Shown here piece by piece: positions 46,880-56,439 of a stretch of 64,000 bases of DNA. The translations under genes and the position numbers were made by a program. The notes under the pieces are model-generated. The model was not told where the DNA came from. It searched no databases and was given only the letters and a program-made list of their open reading frames with translations. Position 1 is the stretch's first letter, and the number at the start of each line of letters is the position of its first letter. The stretch is from Alphaproteobacteria bacterium (GTDB lineage: Bacteria; Pseudomonadota; Alphaproteobacteria; SP197): NCBI GenBank assembly GCA_965228895.1, contig OZ245842.1:2912001-2976000 (forward strand). Reading direction: 5' to 3'.

Positions 46880-48451
46880 ATGAACGAAGAGGCACCGAGC
46901 GGACGGCGCGGCAGGCGCCATCGCGGCGAACACGGCGGCAGCGGCGCGCGGCGCGCCCAGCGCAGCCACAAGTATTCGACCGACGCCCTGCCCTATATCC
47001 AGCGCAACATCCCGCTGACGGAGGTGCTGACCGAAGAGGCGCTGGAGATCATCGAAAACAATGCCGAAACGGTCATGGAAGAGGTCGGCATCGCCATCCA
47101 CGACGACCAGGAGGTCGTCGACCTGTGGAAGGAGGCCGGCGCCGATGTCGGCAAGGACGGCCAAACGCTCCACGTGCCCCGCGGCCTGGCGCGCAAGCTG
47201 ATTTCGACCGCGCCCAACCACTTCATCCAGCATGCCCGCAACCCCGACCGCAAGGTCAAGATCGGCGACGGCGCGACCGTCTTCGCGCCGGTCTACGGCC
47301 CGCCCTTCATCCGCAATCTGGACGATGGCCGGCGCTACGCGACAATCGAGGATTTCCGCAACTTCGTGAAGCTGGCCTATATGACGCCGGCCATGCACCA
47401 TTCCGGCGGCACAGTGTGCGAGCCGGTCGATATCCCGGTCAACAAGCGTCACCTGGATATGGTCTATTCCCATATCCGCTATTCCGACAAACCGTTCATG
47501 GGTTCGGTGACGGCGCCGGAGCGCGCCGAAGACACGGTGGCGATGGCGAAGCTGGTGTTCGGCGATCAGTTCGTCGAAGACAATTGCTGCATCATCAACC
47601 TGATCAACGCCAACTCGCCGATGACCTTCGACGGCACCATGCTGGGCGCGTTGAAGGTCTATGCCCGTCACAACCAGGCCTGCGTCGTCTCGCCGTTCAT
47701 TCTGGCCGGCGCCATGAGCCCGGTGACCGTCGCCGGCACGCTGGCCCAGTTGCTGGCCGAAGCCATGGTCGGCATGGCGACGACCCAGTTGGTCCGGCCT
47801 GGCGCACCGGTGGTGTTCGGCACCTTCGGCAGCTCGATCTCCATGCAGTCGGGCGCGCCGACCTTCGGCACGCCGGAACCGACCCAGGTGCTGCTGGGCA
47901 GCGCGCAACTGGCGCGCCGTCTGGGCGTGCCGTTCCGTTCCGGCGGATCGTTGTGCGGCTCCAAGATCGCCGACGCGCAGGCGGCCTATGAAAGCGCCAA
48001 CACGCTGCTGCCGACGATGCTGGGCGGCGTCAACTTTGTGCTGCACGCGGCCGGCTGGCTCGAAGGCGGTTTGGCGTCCGGATACGAGAAGTTCGTCATG
48101 GACGCCGATCAGCTCGGCATGATGCAGGTGCTGGCCCGTGGCGTCGACATCTCGGAGAACGGCCAGGCGATGGATGCCATCCGCGAGGTCGGCCCGGGTA
48201 GTCACTTCCTGGGCTGCGCCCACACCCAGGCCAACTTCGAGACCGCGTTCTACCGCTCGACCATCGCCGACAACAACAGCTTCGAGCAGTGGGAAGCCGA
48301 AGGCAGCCAGGATGCCATGCAGCGCGCCAACAAGCTGTGGAAGGAGATGCTGGCATCCTACGAGGCGCCTGCCATCGACCAGAGCGTCGACGAGGCGCTC
48401 AACGCCTTCATCGCCGAAAAAAAGGCTGCGGTGCCCGATTCCTTCACTTGA
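46880..48451 (+). CDS. Trimethylamine methyltransferase superfamily (non-pyrrolysine MttB, MtgB-like)
   Basis: PVYGPPF, SGGTVCEP.D, SDKPFMG, PFILAGAMSP, GAPTFGTPE, HAAGWLEGGL; no in-frame amber codon. Confidence 0.9.
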   Translation: MNEEAPSGRRGRRHRGEHGGSGARRAQRSHKYSTDALPYIQRNIPLTEVLTEEALEIIENNAETVMEEVGIAIHDDQEVVDLWKEAGADVGKDGQTLHVPRGLARKLISTAPNHFIQHARNPDRKVKIGDGATVFAPVYGPPFIRNLDDGRRYATIEDFRNFVKLAYMTPAMHHSGGTVCEPVDIPVNKRHLDMVYSHIRYSDKPFMGSVTAPERAEDTVAMAKLVFGDQFVEDNCCIINLINANSPMTFDGTMLGALKVYARHNQACVVSPFILAGAMSPVTVAGTLAQLLAEAMVGMATTQLVRPGAPVVFGTFGSSISMQSGAPTFGTPEPTQVLLGSAQLARRLGVPFRSGGSLCGSKIADAQAAYESANTLLPTMLGGVNFVLHAAGWLEGGLASGYEKFVMDADQLGMMQVLARGVDISENGQAMDAIREVGPGSHFLGCAHTQANFETAFYRSTIADNNSFEQWEAEGSQDAMQRANKLWKEMLASYEAPAIDQSVDEALNAFIAEKKAAVPDSFT

Positions 48452-48675
48452 GTTTGGTTAACAAGGGCCAGATGCCGCCCGTGACGGCTGTCACCCTTCG
48501 TGGCGCTACCCCGTCTGGCCGATAGGCGTATCGGACGTCGTTTGATAGACTTTCGCTCCGCGCACGGCCTCTCGGACATCGTTTGGTGCCGGACGGCCGC
48601 ACGACTTCGACCATAAGGACCAGAGCCCGGCCGCCGAGCCGATGGTGTTCGACGGGCGGCCGATGACCATCTGCC

Positions 48676-49935
48676 ATGCATATCGACATTGTCGACGATT
48701 ACGAGAGTTTTCTTGCGCTGAAGGATGACTGGGAGTCCGTCTATGCGGATGATCCCGAAGCACATTTTTTCCTGTCGTGGACATGGATGACCAAGTGGCT
48801 GGATTCGGCGATTTCCGAGTGGGAGATTGTGGTTGCCCGTGACGACGAAAACGGTGGGCGGTGCGTCGCCGTTCTTCCACTGCGGATCAGGGCCTTTCCG
48901 GCAAAGAACGGCACGCTCTATACCGAAATCTGGATGGCGGCCCAAGGCGTCGCCGACTATGTCGGTTTCTTGTGCCGCCCGGGTGCGGAAGAAAGCGCCC
49001 TTCCGGCCATGGCCGACTATATCAAGACGCTCAAGTGGAACGGCTTGAACCTGCGTTGTTTCGATGCGTCGGAAACGCGCGCCAAATTATGGACGGACGC
49101 GTTTCCGCGCTCTGACTTCAAGCTGAAGCGCGTGACGTCGACCGACAACGAAGAAGGCTACGACAATTCCGTTTGCCCCTACGTGACATTGCCGGATGAC
49201 TGGGACACCTATCTCGACACCCAGGTCAGCACCAACACGCGCCAGAAGATCCGGCGTTTCCTGAGAAAAGTCGAGAACAGCGACGAGTACAGCATCACCG
49301 TGACGAGTCCTGAGACGTTGGAGCGGGACTATGCGGTGCTGAACAAGCTGTGGGAAGACAAGTGGGGTCAGTCAAAGGGCGAAATGGTAACGCAGATCTT
49401 CTACAGGATCCGCCGGACCATGCTGACCCACTGCCTGGAGCACGACGCGCTGTTCATGCCGATTCTCTGGCACAACGACAAACCGGTCGGCGCCCTGGGC
49501 TCGATCGTCGATCCGGTCAAGAAGTCGATGCTGTTTTTGATCGCAGGCCGTGACGTGAAAGCCAAGGGTCCGCCAAGCGGCCTGGTCTTGCATGCCTACA
49601 GCATACGCCATGCCATCCAGCGCGGCCTCAAGACTTATGATTTCCTTCGCGGCAACGAGCCCTACAAGTACTCCTTCGGCTCCCAGGAACGGCGGATCAA
49701 GTATCTGATGGTCGAACGCAAGATCGCCAGCAAACAGCTGGACCCGCGTTGCGTAGGTTCTGCCATAGAGATGACGAAGCGAATGCAGGCATCCGGCAGG
49801 CTGACCGAGGCCGAACGCGGTTATCGCCAAATTCTCAAGATCCAGCCCGAGAATGAAACCGCCCAACAACATCTCGATCAAGTCGTGGCGGCGAAAAGCC
49901 GTTCCAAGGCCGCCAACAAGAGATTGAACGCTTAA
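48676..49935 (+). CDS. CelD/BcsL-like GNAT protein with a C-terminal TPR
   Basis: FFLSWTW, ADY.GFL, DWDTYL...S.NTRQKIRR, YDFLRGNEPYKYSFG; AERGYRQILKIQPEN TPR. Confidence 0.82.
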   Translation: MHIDIVDDYESFLALKDDWESVYADDPEAHFFLSWTWMTKWLDSAISEWEIVVARDDENGGRCVAVLPLRIRAFPAKNGTLYTEIWMAAQGVADYVGFLCRPGAEESALPAMADYIKTLKWNGLNLRCFDASETRAKLWTDAFPRSDFKLKRVTSTDNEEGYDNSVCPYVTLPDDWDTYLDTQVSTNTRQKIRRFLRKVENSDEYSITVTSPETLERDYAVLNKLWEDKWGQSKGEMVTQIFYRIRRTMLTHCLEHDALFMPILWHNDKPVGALGSIVDPVKKSMLFLIAGRDVKAKGPPSGLVLHAYSIRHAIQRGLKTYDFLRGNEPYKYSFGSQERRIKYLMVERKIASKQLDPRCVGSAIEMTKRMQASGRLTEAERGYRQILKIQPENETAQQHLDQVVAAKSRSKAANKRLNA

Positions 49936-49994
49936 GGCGTCTGCAGAGATTGACAAAAACTCTCCGTCAATCCGCAAGATTTGTAAGCGGTCCG

Positions 49995-50516
49995 ATGGCG
50001 ATTGCCGTGCTGCTGATGACAGCATGCGCGTTACCATCACACGAGAGCAACGCGTCTGAAGACAAGATCGCCGACTTGATCGAGGCGCGGCTGGCGCTCA
50101 TGAAAGACGTTGCGGCTTACAAGTTCCTCAACGACATTGCAATCGAGGACAAGGAACGCGAGGCGGTGGTTCTAAGCCGTGCCGTCGATCAGGCAGAGGC
50201 GGCCGGTTTGGATGGTGCGTCCGTCGCGCCCTTTTTCACCGCCCAGATCGATGCCGCAAAGGTCATTCAGCAATGCTGGTTCGTACGCTGGCGGCAGGAC
50301 GAAGCGGACATTCCCGAGGGTACGCCCGACCTGCAGAACGACATTAGGCCCCGTTTGATCGACATCGGCAACGACCTCGTGACCGCGATCGCCGACTTGG
50401 CGGCCGAAGGTGCCCATCTCGACCGCGTGTCGGCGCCGCGTCTCGAATGCCTACCGAATGACAAGGCCGAGGCGATCACGACGAGCCTGTCCGGAGTTTT
50501 CGCAGCGACGGACTAA
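49995..50516 (+). CDS. aroQ: Secreted chorismate mutase (AroQ gamma), possible lipoprotein
   Basis: RLALMKDVAAYK, IED.EREAVVL, QIDAAKVIQ, PDL...IRP.L. Confidence 0.85.
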   Translation: MAIAVLLMTACALPSHESNASEDKIADLIEARLALMKDVAAYKFLNDIAIEDKEREAVVLSRAVDQAEAAGLDGASVAPFFTAQIDAAKVIQQCWFVRWRQDEADIPEGTPDLQNDIRPRLIDIGNDLVTAIADLAAEGAHLDRVSAPRLECLPNDKAEAITTSLSGVFAATD

Positions 50517-50544
50517 CCCGCACCAGTGACGTTTTCGCCAAGCA

Positions 50545-51336
50545 TCAGAAGAATTCGTCGACGAGCCGATAGTACGCCAAGCGTTCGTGATCCGGTGCAG
50601 TAACACCGTAGCGGTCGAGAAACGGTTGGACCCACGACGCGCCCAACCTCGAGGCTATGTTACGGCAGGCGATGGCCAGATCCTGGTACCGGTCGGCGCG
50701 CCCCAACCGGCCGCAATCGACAAAGCCGGCAAACCTCTCGTCCTGCATCATGACATTCGGCAGGCACGCGTCGCCATGCGTCACGACGATATCCTCCATA
50801 ACCGGTCTGTCCGCCAGCGCGATCGCGAGTAGATCTCGTGCGGTGTGACCAATGTGCATGTCATCAAAGGCTGTCTCATCAACCAACCCCTGCTCGACGT
50901 TGACGCGCGCGCGCTCGAGTTTGAGGTCGAGCGACTCGTCGAAGGGACAGGAGCTGGGATCGAGTGCATGAACTTGGCGCAGGCCAACTGCCATCGCGGC
51001 AACAATGGTGTCGGCTGGCGCCTGCACAGCCAAAGCATTGGCTCCCTTGACGACCGTCATCACCAGCCACTCGCGATCACCTTCAGCCATGAACAAGACC
51101 CGCTCCGGACCGGCGACGGACGTCTGCACGAGCCAGTCGAGCCTGTCGGCCTCGTCAGCCAGACTCTCGACGTGACCCGCCTTCTGGATTTTGACAATCA
51201 GAGGTGGCCTGGCATCGGCCGTCAGCCGGTAGACAGATGACGGCGACTGGCTGTCCACTTCACCTCGCCACACATAGCCCTCAACGAGGTCGTCGAGCGG
51301 CTGCGGCAACGGAGTGTCCGGCGTCAACGGCACCAC
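50545..51336 (-). CDS. Aminoglycoside 3'-phosphotransferase, APH(3')-II-like
   Basis: [41 protein letters not shown]. Confidence 0.88.
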   Translation of the reverse strand: MVPLTPDTPLPQPLDDLVEGYVWRGEVDSQSPSSVYRLTADARPPLIVKIQKAGHVESLADEADRLDWLVQTSVAGPERVLFMAEGDREWLVMTVVKGANALAVQAPADTIVAAMAVGLRQVHALDPSSCPFDESLDLKLERARVNVEQGLVDETAFDDMHIGHTARDLLAIALADRPVMEDIVVTHGDACLPNVMMQDERFAGFVDCGRLGRADRYQDLAIACRNIASRLGASWVQPFLDRYGVTAPDHERLAYYRLVDEFF

Positions 51337-51475
51337 GGCATGAAACTCCCTCCTGGTCCCTGCGACAAAGTTTCGCCTGCTTCGGTCAGGGATTCACGCA
51401 GATTTGCCGAAGCCATCTACCCAAGTGCGAGCCGGGCGATTATGCTCCTCCGAAATGATAACAGGAGGGATCGCC

Positions 51476-52126
51476 ATGACCGATTACGACTCCGCCAAAA
51501 TCGCCGCGCTGCACCGCGAGCTGCACAGCCACCTGCCCTCCGATCCCGCACTGCGGGTGAAGGTGCTGGAAAGTCTGCTGGTCGACAAAGGCATGATCGA
51601 CCGCAAGACCATCGACTCCTGGGTCGAGGTCTATGCCGAAGACATCGGGCCCAAGCGCGGCGCCCATGTGGTGGCCAAGGCCTGGACCGACGCGGCGTTC
51701 AAGGAGCGGTTGATGGCCGATGCCCCGTCGGCGATCGAGGAGCTTGGTTATCTGGGCGTGGCGACCGGTCATCTGCATGTCGTCGAGAACACCGACGACG
51801 TCCACAACCTCGTCGTCTGCACGCTGTGCTCGTGTTACCCCTTCTCGGTGCTGGGTATCGCGCCCAACTGGTACAAGACGGCGGCCTATCGTTCGCGCGT
51901 GGTGCGCGATCCGCGCGGCGTGCTCGAAGAGTTCGGTGTCGACATCTCCAACGACGTCGAGGTACGCGTCTGGGACAGCACCGCGGAGCTGCGCTATCTC
52001 GTTTTGCCGCAGCGCCCGTCCGGCACCGACGACATGGACGAGGCCGCGTTGGGCGCCCTGGTCAGCCGTAACTCCATGATCGGCACCGACCGTGATCTCT
52101 CCAAGTACATCAACGGAGCGGGCTGA
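51476..52126 (+). CDS. nthA: Cobalt-type nitrile hydratase alpha subunit
   Basis: VCTLCSCY metal-binding motif (Thr indicates Co type), GA.VVAKAW.D, WDSTAELRY.VLP.RP. Confidence 0.93.
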   Translation: MTDYDSAKIAALHRELHSHLPSDPALRVKVLESLLVDKGMIDRKTIDSWVEVYAEDIGPKRGAHVVAKAWTDAAFKERLMADAPSAIEELGYLGVATGHLHVVENTDDVHNLVVCTLCSCYPFSVLGIAPNWYKTAAYRSRVVRDPRGVLEEFGVDISNDVEVRVWDSTAELRYLVLPQRPSGTDDMDEAALGALVSRNSMIGTDRDLSKYINGAG

Positions 52127-52782
52127 TGGACGGCATCCATGATCTCGGCGGCAAGCAGGGCTATGGCCCGGTCGATGTCGACGAGGAGGACGTACCGTTC
52201 CACGCGCCGTGGGAGGCACGCATGTGGGCGATCTCGCGCAACCGTGGCGCGCCCGGCTGCACCATCGACTGGTGGCGCCATGTGCGCGAGCTGATCGACC
52301 CGGCGGACTATCTGACCCGCGCCTACTTCGACCAGTGGATCCAGACCGAACTCGCCGTTCACATCGATGCCGGCGTGTTCACGCTGGACGAGGTGATCGC
52401 GGGCCGTTCATCGACGGCACCGGTGCCCGAAGGACCGGGCATCGACCGCGCCGGCGCGCTGGATGCCGACCGCGCTCTGGCGACGCGGTTTGATCGCGAC
52501 GTCAACGAAGCGCCGGCCTTTCAACCGGGCGATCAGGTCAAGACCGCGAGGTTCGGTCATAGCCATCATACGCGGCTGCCGGAATACGCCCGCGACCGCG
52601 AGGGCGAGATCCTGGCCCATCGCGGCGCCCACCTGTTTCCCGATGCCGGTGCGCGCGGCAAACACGAGCCGCAGCATCTCTATACGGTCGGCTTCGATGG
52701 CGCGGAGCTGTGGCCGGAATCCGGAGGCCGCCGCGACCGCGTCTACCTCGACCTGTGGGAGCGTTACCTTGAACCGGCCTGA
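52126..52782 (+). CDS. nthB: Nitrile hydratase beta subunit
   Basis: MDGIHDLGG, FHAPWE, HTRLPEY, LYTVGF...ELW, DLWERYL. Confidence 0.92.
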   Translation: MDGIHDLGGKQGYGPVDVDEEDVPFHAPWEARMWAISRNRGAPGCTIDWWRHVRELIDPADYLTRAYFDQWIQTELAVHIDAGVFTLDEVIAGRSSTAPVPEGPGIDRAGALDADRALATRFDRDVNEAPAFQPGDQVKTARFGHSHHTRLPEYARDREGEILAHRGAHLFPDAGARGKHEPQHLYTVGFDGAELWPESGGRRDRVYLDLWERYLEPA

Positions 52783-53125
52783 GGGTGACGCCCTGAAACC
52801 GCTGGCCCGGCTCGACGGCGATCCCGTCTTCGACGAGCCGTGGCAGGCGGAGGTTCTGGCACTGGCCGACCGGCTTTCGACAGCCGGCGTGTTCACCCGC
52901 GAGCTGTGGTCCGAGACATTGGGCGATGAACTCGTGCGCGCCGAGCAAGACGGCAAACCCGACGATGTCACGACCTACTACGAAGCCGCACTCAAGACAC
53001 TCGAACGGCTTCTGGAGGACGGAGGTCACGTGACGCCATCGGCACGCGCCGAGCGGCGCACAGCCTGGGAAGACGCCTATCGCTCAACGCCCCATGGCAA
53101 GCCGGTGCTGCTGCAGAGCCGCTGA
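52769..53125 (+). CDS. Nitrile hydratase accessory protein (NhhG/P14K-like)
   Basis: PVFDEPWQA, W..TL, YY...L..LE, AY..TPHG.PV; TTG start overlapping nthB. Confidence 0.85.
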   Translation: MNRPEGDALKPLARLDGDPVFDEPWQAEVLALADRLSTAGVFTRELWSETLGDELVRAEQDGKPDDVTTYYEAALKTLERLLEDGGHVTPSARAERRTAWEDAYRSTPHGKPVLLQSR

Positions 53126-53171
53126 ATCCCGCCGATTCCCCATCCCTGGGGTTCTCGATTAAACTGGACCC

Positions 53172-53849
53172 ATGTCGCCTGAAGCCGCAGCCGCGTTGCG
53201 CGGCCGAATCGAAAGCGACGGCGAGACATTCTATGAGGAACTCGCCAGTGCGCTGATCCATGGCATTGGCGCCGTGCTGGCGGCGGCGGGCCTGGCGCTC
53301 CTGGTCGTACTGGCGTCGATGACCGGCAGCGCGACGGCGATTGTCACCTGCGCAATCTACGGGTCGGCCGTCTTTTTGACCCTGCTTGCCTCGGCGCTCT
53401 ATCACGGTGTATGGCATCAAACGACCAAGGCCGTGTTCCTGGCACTCGACCACTGCGCGATCTTTGTCTTGATCGCGGGCACCTATACGCCGATCGCCCT
53501 GCTGGTGCTGCCGCCGGGATTGGGCTGGACGCTGTTCGGTTTGATTTGGGGCCTCGCCATCCTGGGCATTGCGATCAGGCTGTGGCTCGGCCATCTGCAC
53601 TGGATCCTGATTCCCGTCTTCGTCGCCATGGGCTGGCTGGGGTTTGCCTGGGGCGGTGCGTTGTTCGCGGCACTTGGCCCCGCCGGTGGCTGGCTGCTGA
53701 TCGCCGGCGGGATTTGTTACACGGGCGGCCTCGTCTTCTACCTGTGGCGCGGCCTGCCGTTCAACCACGCGATCTGGCACTTCTTCGTGCTTGCCGGCGT
53801 CGTCTGCCACTTCCTGGTCGTCGCGCTCTACGCGCTGCCGCAAACCTAG
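53172..53849 (+). CDS. Hemolysin III / PAQR family membrane protein
   Basis: EE.A....HG, SALYH, LDH.AIF.LIAGTYTP, HAIWH.FV. Confidence 0.92.
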   Translation: MSPEAAAALRGRIESDGETFYEELASALIHGIGAVLAAAGLALLVVLASMTGSATAIVTCAIYGSAVFLTLLASALYHGVWHQTTKAVFLALDHCAIFVLIAGTYTPIALLVLPPGLGWTLFGLIWGLAILGIAIRLWLGHLHWILIPVFVAMGWLGFAWGGALFAALGPAGGWLLIAGGICYTGGLVFYLWRGLPFNHAIWHFFVLAGVVCHFLVVALYALPQT

Positions 53850-54769
53850 ATCAGAACACCTTTGCTGACGGCAACGCAGGTCCCGCGAATGGTCGGCGCC
53901 TGCACCTGACCATCTTCTGCCGGCACCGTCACCGTGATCTGACTGGGCCGTCCCATTTCGACGCCCTGCTCGATGTGTACGGTGGTCGAGGCCTTGGGCA
54001 CAGTGCGGCTCGCCGCGAGCAGCGAGGCCAGCGCGCCCGATGCGCTGCCGGTCGCCGGGTCTTCCGGGGGATGGCCGAGCGGCGAGAGAACACGCGAGCG
54101 CACGCGAAACGCCTCATCGTCGTCGCTGAGCACCACAAACGCACAGAGCGCGAAGTCGTCGACCGTGTTGACCTCCAATGCAGCTGCCTCGGCGAAAGCA
54201 CCACTATCCGGCCTCAGATTTTCAAGGTCGTCCAAGCTCGCGAGTTCCGCGAACGCAAACTCCAATCCGACCGATGCCACAGTCGGCGCAAAGCGGTTTG
54301 TGACGATTGCGGTCTCAGGAAGGCTGAGGCATCGCGCCACGCGCCCGGTATCGCAGGTTCCCAGGCGATCGAGCGCCCGCGGCGCCGTGATCGCCGCGCC
54401 GACGATAGCATTCCCATCACGAACGACGTCGACAGCGACCGGCCCGCCAGCTTCGTCAAACACCATGGTGTCGCCGATGTCGAGGTCGAGCGCGCAGCCG
54501 CCGTTGGCGAGAACAAACGCCGTGCCGACATTGGGGTGACCGGCAAACGGCACTTCGGTCAATGGCGTGAAGATGCGGACATGGGCCGTTGTCTCGGTGT
54601 TGCGCGACGGCAGCACAAAGGTGGTCTCGGCGTAGCCGAATTCCTTTGCGATTGCCTGCATGGTCGCATCGTCAAGAGAACGCGCATCGGTGATGACCGC
54701 CAGCGGATTGCCGGCATAGCGCCGGTTGGTGAACACATCGACGGTGCAATAGGGAACGCCAGTCGTCAT
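53846..54769 (-). CDS. PhzF-family epimerase/isomerase
   Basis: VDVFT....GNPLAV, RIFTP..EVPFAGHP, EDPATGSA, QGVEMGRPS. Confidence 0.92.
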   Translation of the reverse strand: MTTGVPYCTVDVFTNRRYAGNPLAVITDARSLDDATMQAIAKEFGYAETTFVLPSRNTETTAHVRIFTPLTEVPFAGHPNVGTAFVLANGGCALDLDIGDTMVFDEAGGPVAVDVVRDGNAIVGAAITAPRALDRLGTCDTGRVARCLSLPETAIVTNRFAPTVASVGLEFAFAELASLDDLENLRPDSGAFAEAAALEVNTVDDFALCAFVVLSDDDEAFRVRSRVLSPLGHPPEDPATGSASGALASLLAASRTVPKASTTVHIEQGVEMGRPSQITVTVPAEDGQVQAPTIRGTCVAVSKGVLI

Positions 54770-54877
54770 CACGCACACCTCCGGGCATCACGTCCACGTC
54801 ACGGATGTGGTGACATCACCGACCTGGAACGGCAATCAAAGTATTGTCGTGGTGACAATCCTTATGTGCGCGGCAAC

Positions 54878-55987
54878 TCAGGATGTTGTTGCCGTGATCT
54901 TTCCTTGCCGCCGGCGCTGTTCGCCGGGAGTCGGCGCGAGCAAACGCATGACAGCTTCCAGCGGCCCGTTGGCAAAGACCAGAAGCCAAAGATGGGCGCC
55001 CACCACACACACGGCAAACAGAGCGATCGCCCAATAGAATCCGTCGGCGGCATCGCAGTGAAGGCCGCGCGAACAGACCGCGTCGAACCAGGCGGTCAGG
55101 ACGACACCGTGAATGACATAGAGCGTCAACGCCATGCGCCCGGCGCTCGCCAGGGCGCGCAACGGGAGGCTCCTGCCAAAACGCAGGCCCAATTCAAGAC
55201 AGGCGATGATGACGGCGACGGCCGTGCCCGATGCGGCGATAATGTAGAGCGGACCCGGTGGCCAGCCGTCCAGGGCAATCAGTATTTGGCCGGGGTCGCG
55301 ATAGGTGTCGCCGCCCGGATAGACCTGACCCAGGCCATTGAAGATCAGCGCGACGGCGACGCCGCCGAGGAACAGGTGCAGGCGCGTGCGGCCATCATTG
55401 AGTTGCTGTCGACCCAACCAGAGACCAACCAAGATGAACGCGAACCACGGCAGGATCGGATGCAGGCCGTTGACCAGGAGGTTGCGCAGGAAACCGCCGA
55501 TGGTCCAGACGTCGACATAGCGGTCGGTTCGCCAGTCCCATCCCCAGTTGTAGTCGATATAGAAGCGCAGGAAGACCGCCGCCAGGATCACGGCGATGGC
55601 GCCGGCCGCCAACAGAGAGCGCGGCGCCGCCAGGAAGGCCAGGGACAGGGCGAAGTAGACGCCATAGAAATGCAGGATGTCGCCGCGCCAATAGGTGAAC
55701 AGGAGAACACCGACGACGAACAGGAAGACGGCGCGACGCGCGACGCAGCCGTAGAACAGGCTGCGGTCCTCAGGCGGCGTGGCGCGCATCATCAACGACA
55801 GCCCGACACCGGCCAGCACGACGAAGGTACCGGCGGCGCGGCCCAGAAGCTGCTGGTCAATGACCACCGCCCATGCCGGACCCGTGAACCACGTCTTCAT
55901 GATCCAGTTGAAATTGACGATCAGCATGCCGAGCAGCGCCAGCGCGCGGCAAATGTCCAAACCGACAAGGCGGCCGGTCGGCTTCAT
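54878..55987 (-). CDS. DUF418/DUF1624-like membrane protein
   Basis: RLVGLD..R.LA..GM, DILHFYG, GRMALTLYV.H, GPLE. Confidence 0.8.
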   Translation of the reverse strand: MKPTGRLVGLDICRALALLGMLIVNFNWIMKTWFTGPAWAVVIDQQLLGRAAGTFVVLAGVGLSLMMRATPPEDRSLFYGCVARRAVFLFVVGVLLFTYWRGDILHFYGVYFALSLAFLAAPRSLLAAGAIAVILAAVFLRFYIDYNWGWDWRTDRYVDVWTIGGFLRNLLVNGLHPILPWFAFILVGLWLGRQQLNDGRTRLHLFLGGVAVALIFNGLGQVYPGGDTYRDPGQILIALDGWPPGPLYIIAASGTAVAVIIACLELGLRFGRSLPLRALASAGRMALTLYVIHGVVLTAWFDAVCSRGLHCDAADGFYWAIALFAVCVVGAHLWLLVFANGPLEAVMRLLAPTPGEQRRRQGKITATTS

Positions 55988-56439
55988 GGCTCTTGCCTGT
56001 CGCGACGGCGCACCGTGTCGGTGCCGTCATAATCGCCGCCCAGCGTGTACCAGTAGATCCGTTCTCCGGGCCCCAACGCAACGCGCCAGCAGCCGGACCC
56101 ACCGCTCCAGTCGAAGCACAACGTGTCGTCTTCTACCCACCAATGGCCGGAGTCGTCGTCACTGGCCCAAAAGTCGACATCGCTGCCATCCAGAAGCGCG
56201 TCGGACGTGGCCGTCCAATTGCGTTCGAAGTGCCAGACTTCGATGTTCTTGTTCGCGAAGTAGTCGTGCAGCTCTTCGCCCGACATTGTCGGCGGGGGGC
56301 GATGGGTCAACATGACGACGAGAACGCCGACAACGACGCAGCCAATCACGGCCAGCGGCAATCCTATACGGATCAGGGCCGACGGTGGACGGCTGGGCCA
56401 AACTAAATCGGCAGTCGACCCAGGTCCTGCCTCAGACAT
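55984..56439 (-). CDS. Hypothetical membrane-anchored protein
   Basis: Single TM segment then G.W....D.LC..W....C.. beta-rich domain; translationally coupled on both sides. Confidence 0.65.
   Translation of the reverse strand: MSEAGPGSTADLVWPSRPPSALIRIGLPLAVIGCVVVGVLVVMLTHRPPPTMSGEELHDYFANKNIEVWHFERNWTATSDALLDGSDVDFWASDDDSGHWWVEDDTLCFDWSGGSGCWRVALGPGERIYWYTLGGDYDGTDTVRRRDRQEP

Noticed and set aside
46880-48451. Pyrrolysine-containing TMA methyltransferase
   Set aside because: No in-frame TAG and no pyl genes
50545-51336. Tn5/vector nptII contamination
   Set aside because: The protein is clearly divergent from NptII at the N-terminus, and no IS50 or vector sequence flanks it
53411-56032. 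873-aa plus-strand ORF, and other long antisense ORFs such as 20006-21922, 59856-61760, 30778-32268 and 45432-46877
   Set aside because: Shadow ORFs opposite or overlapping well-supported genes; Arg/Ala/Gly-rich with no motifs, as expected in high-GC DNA
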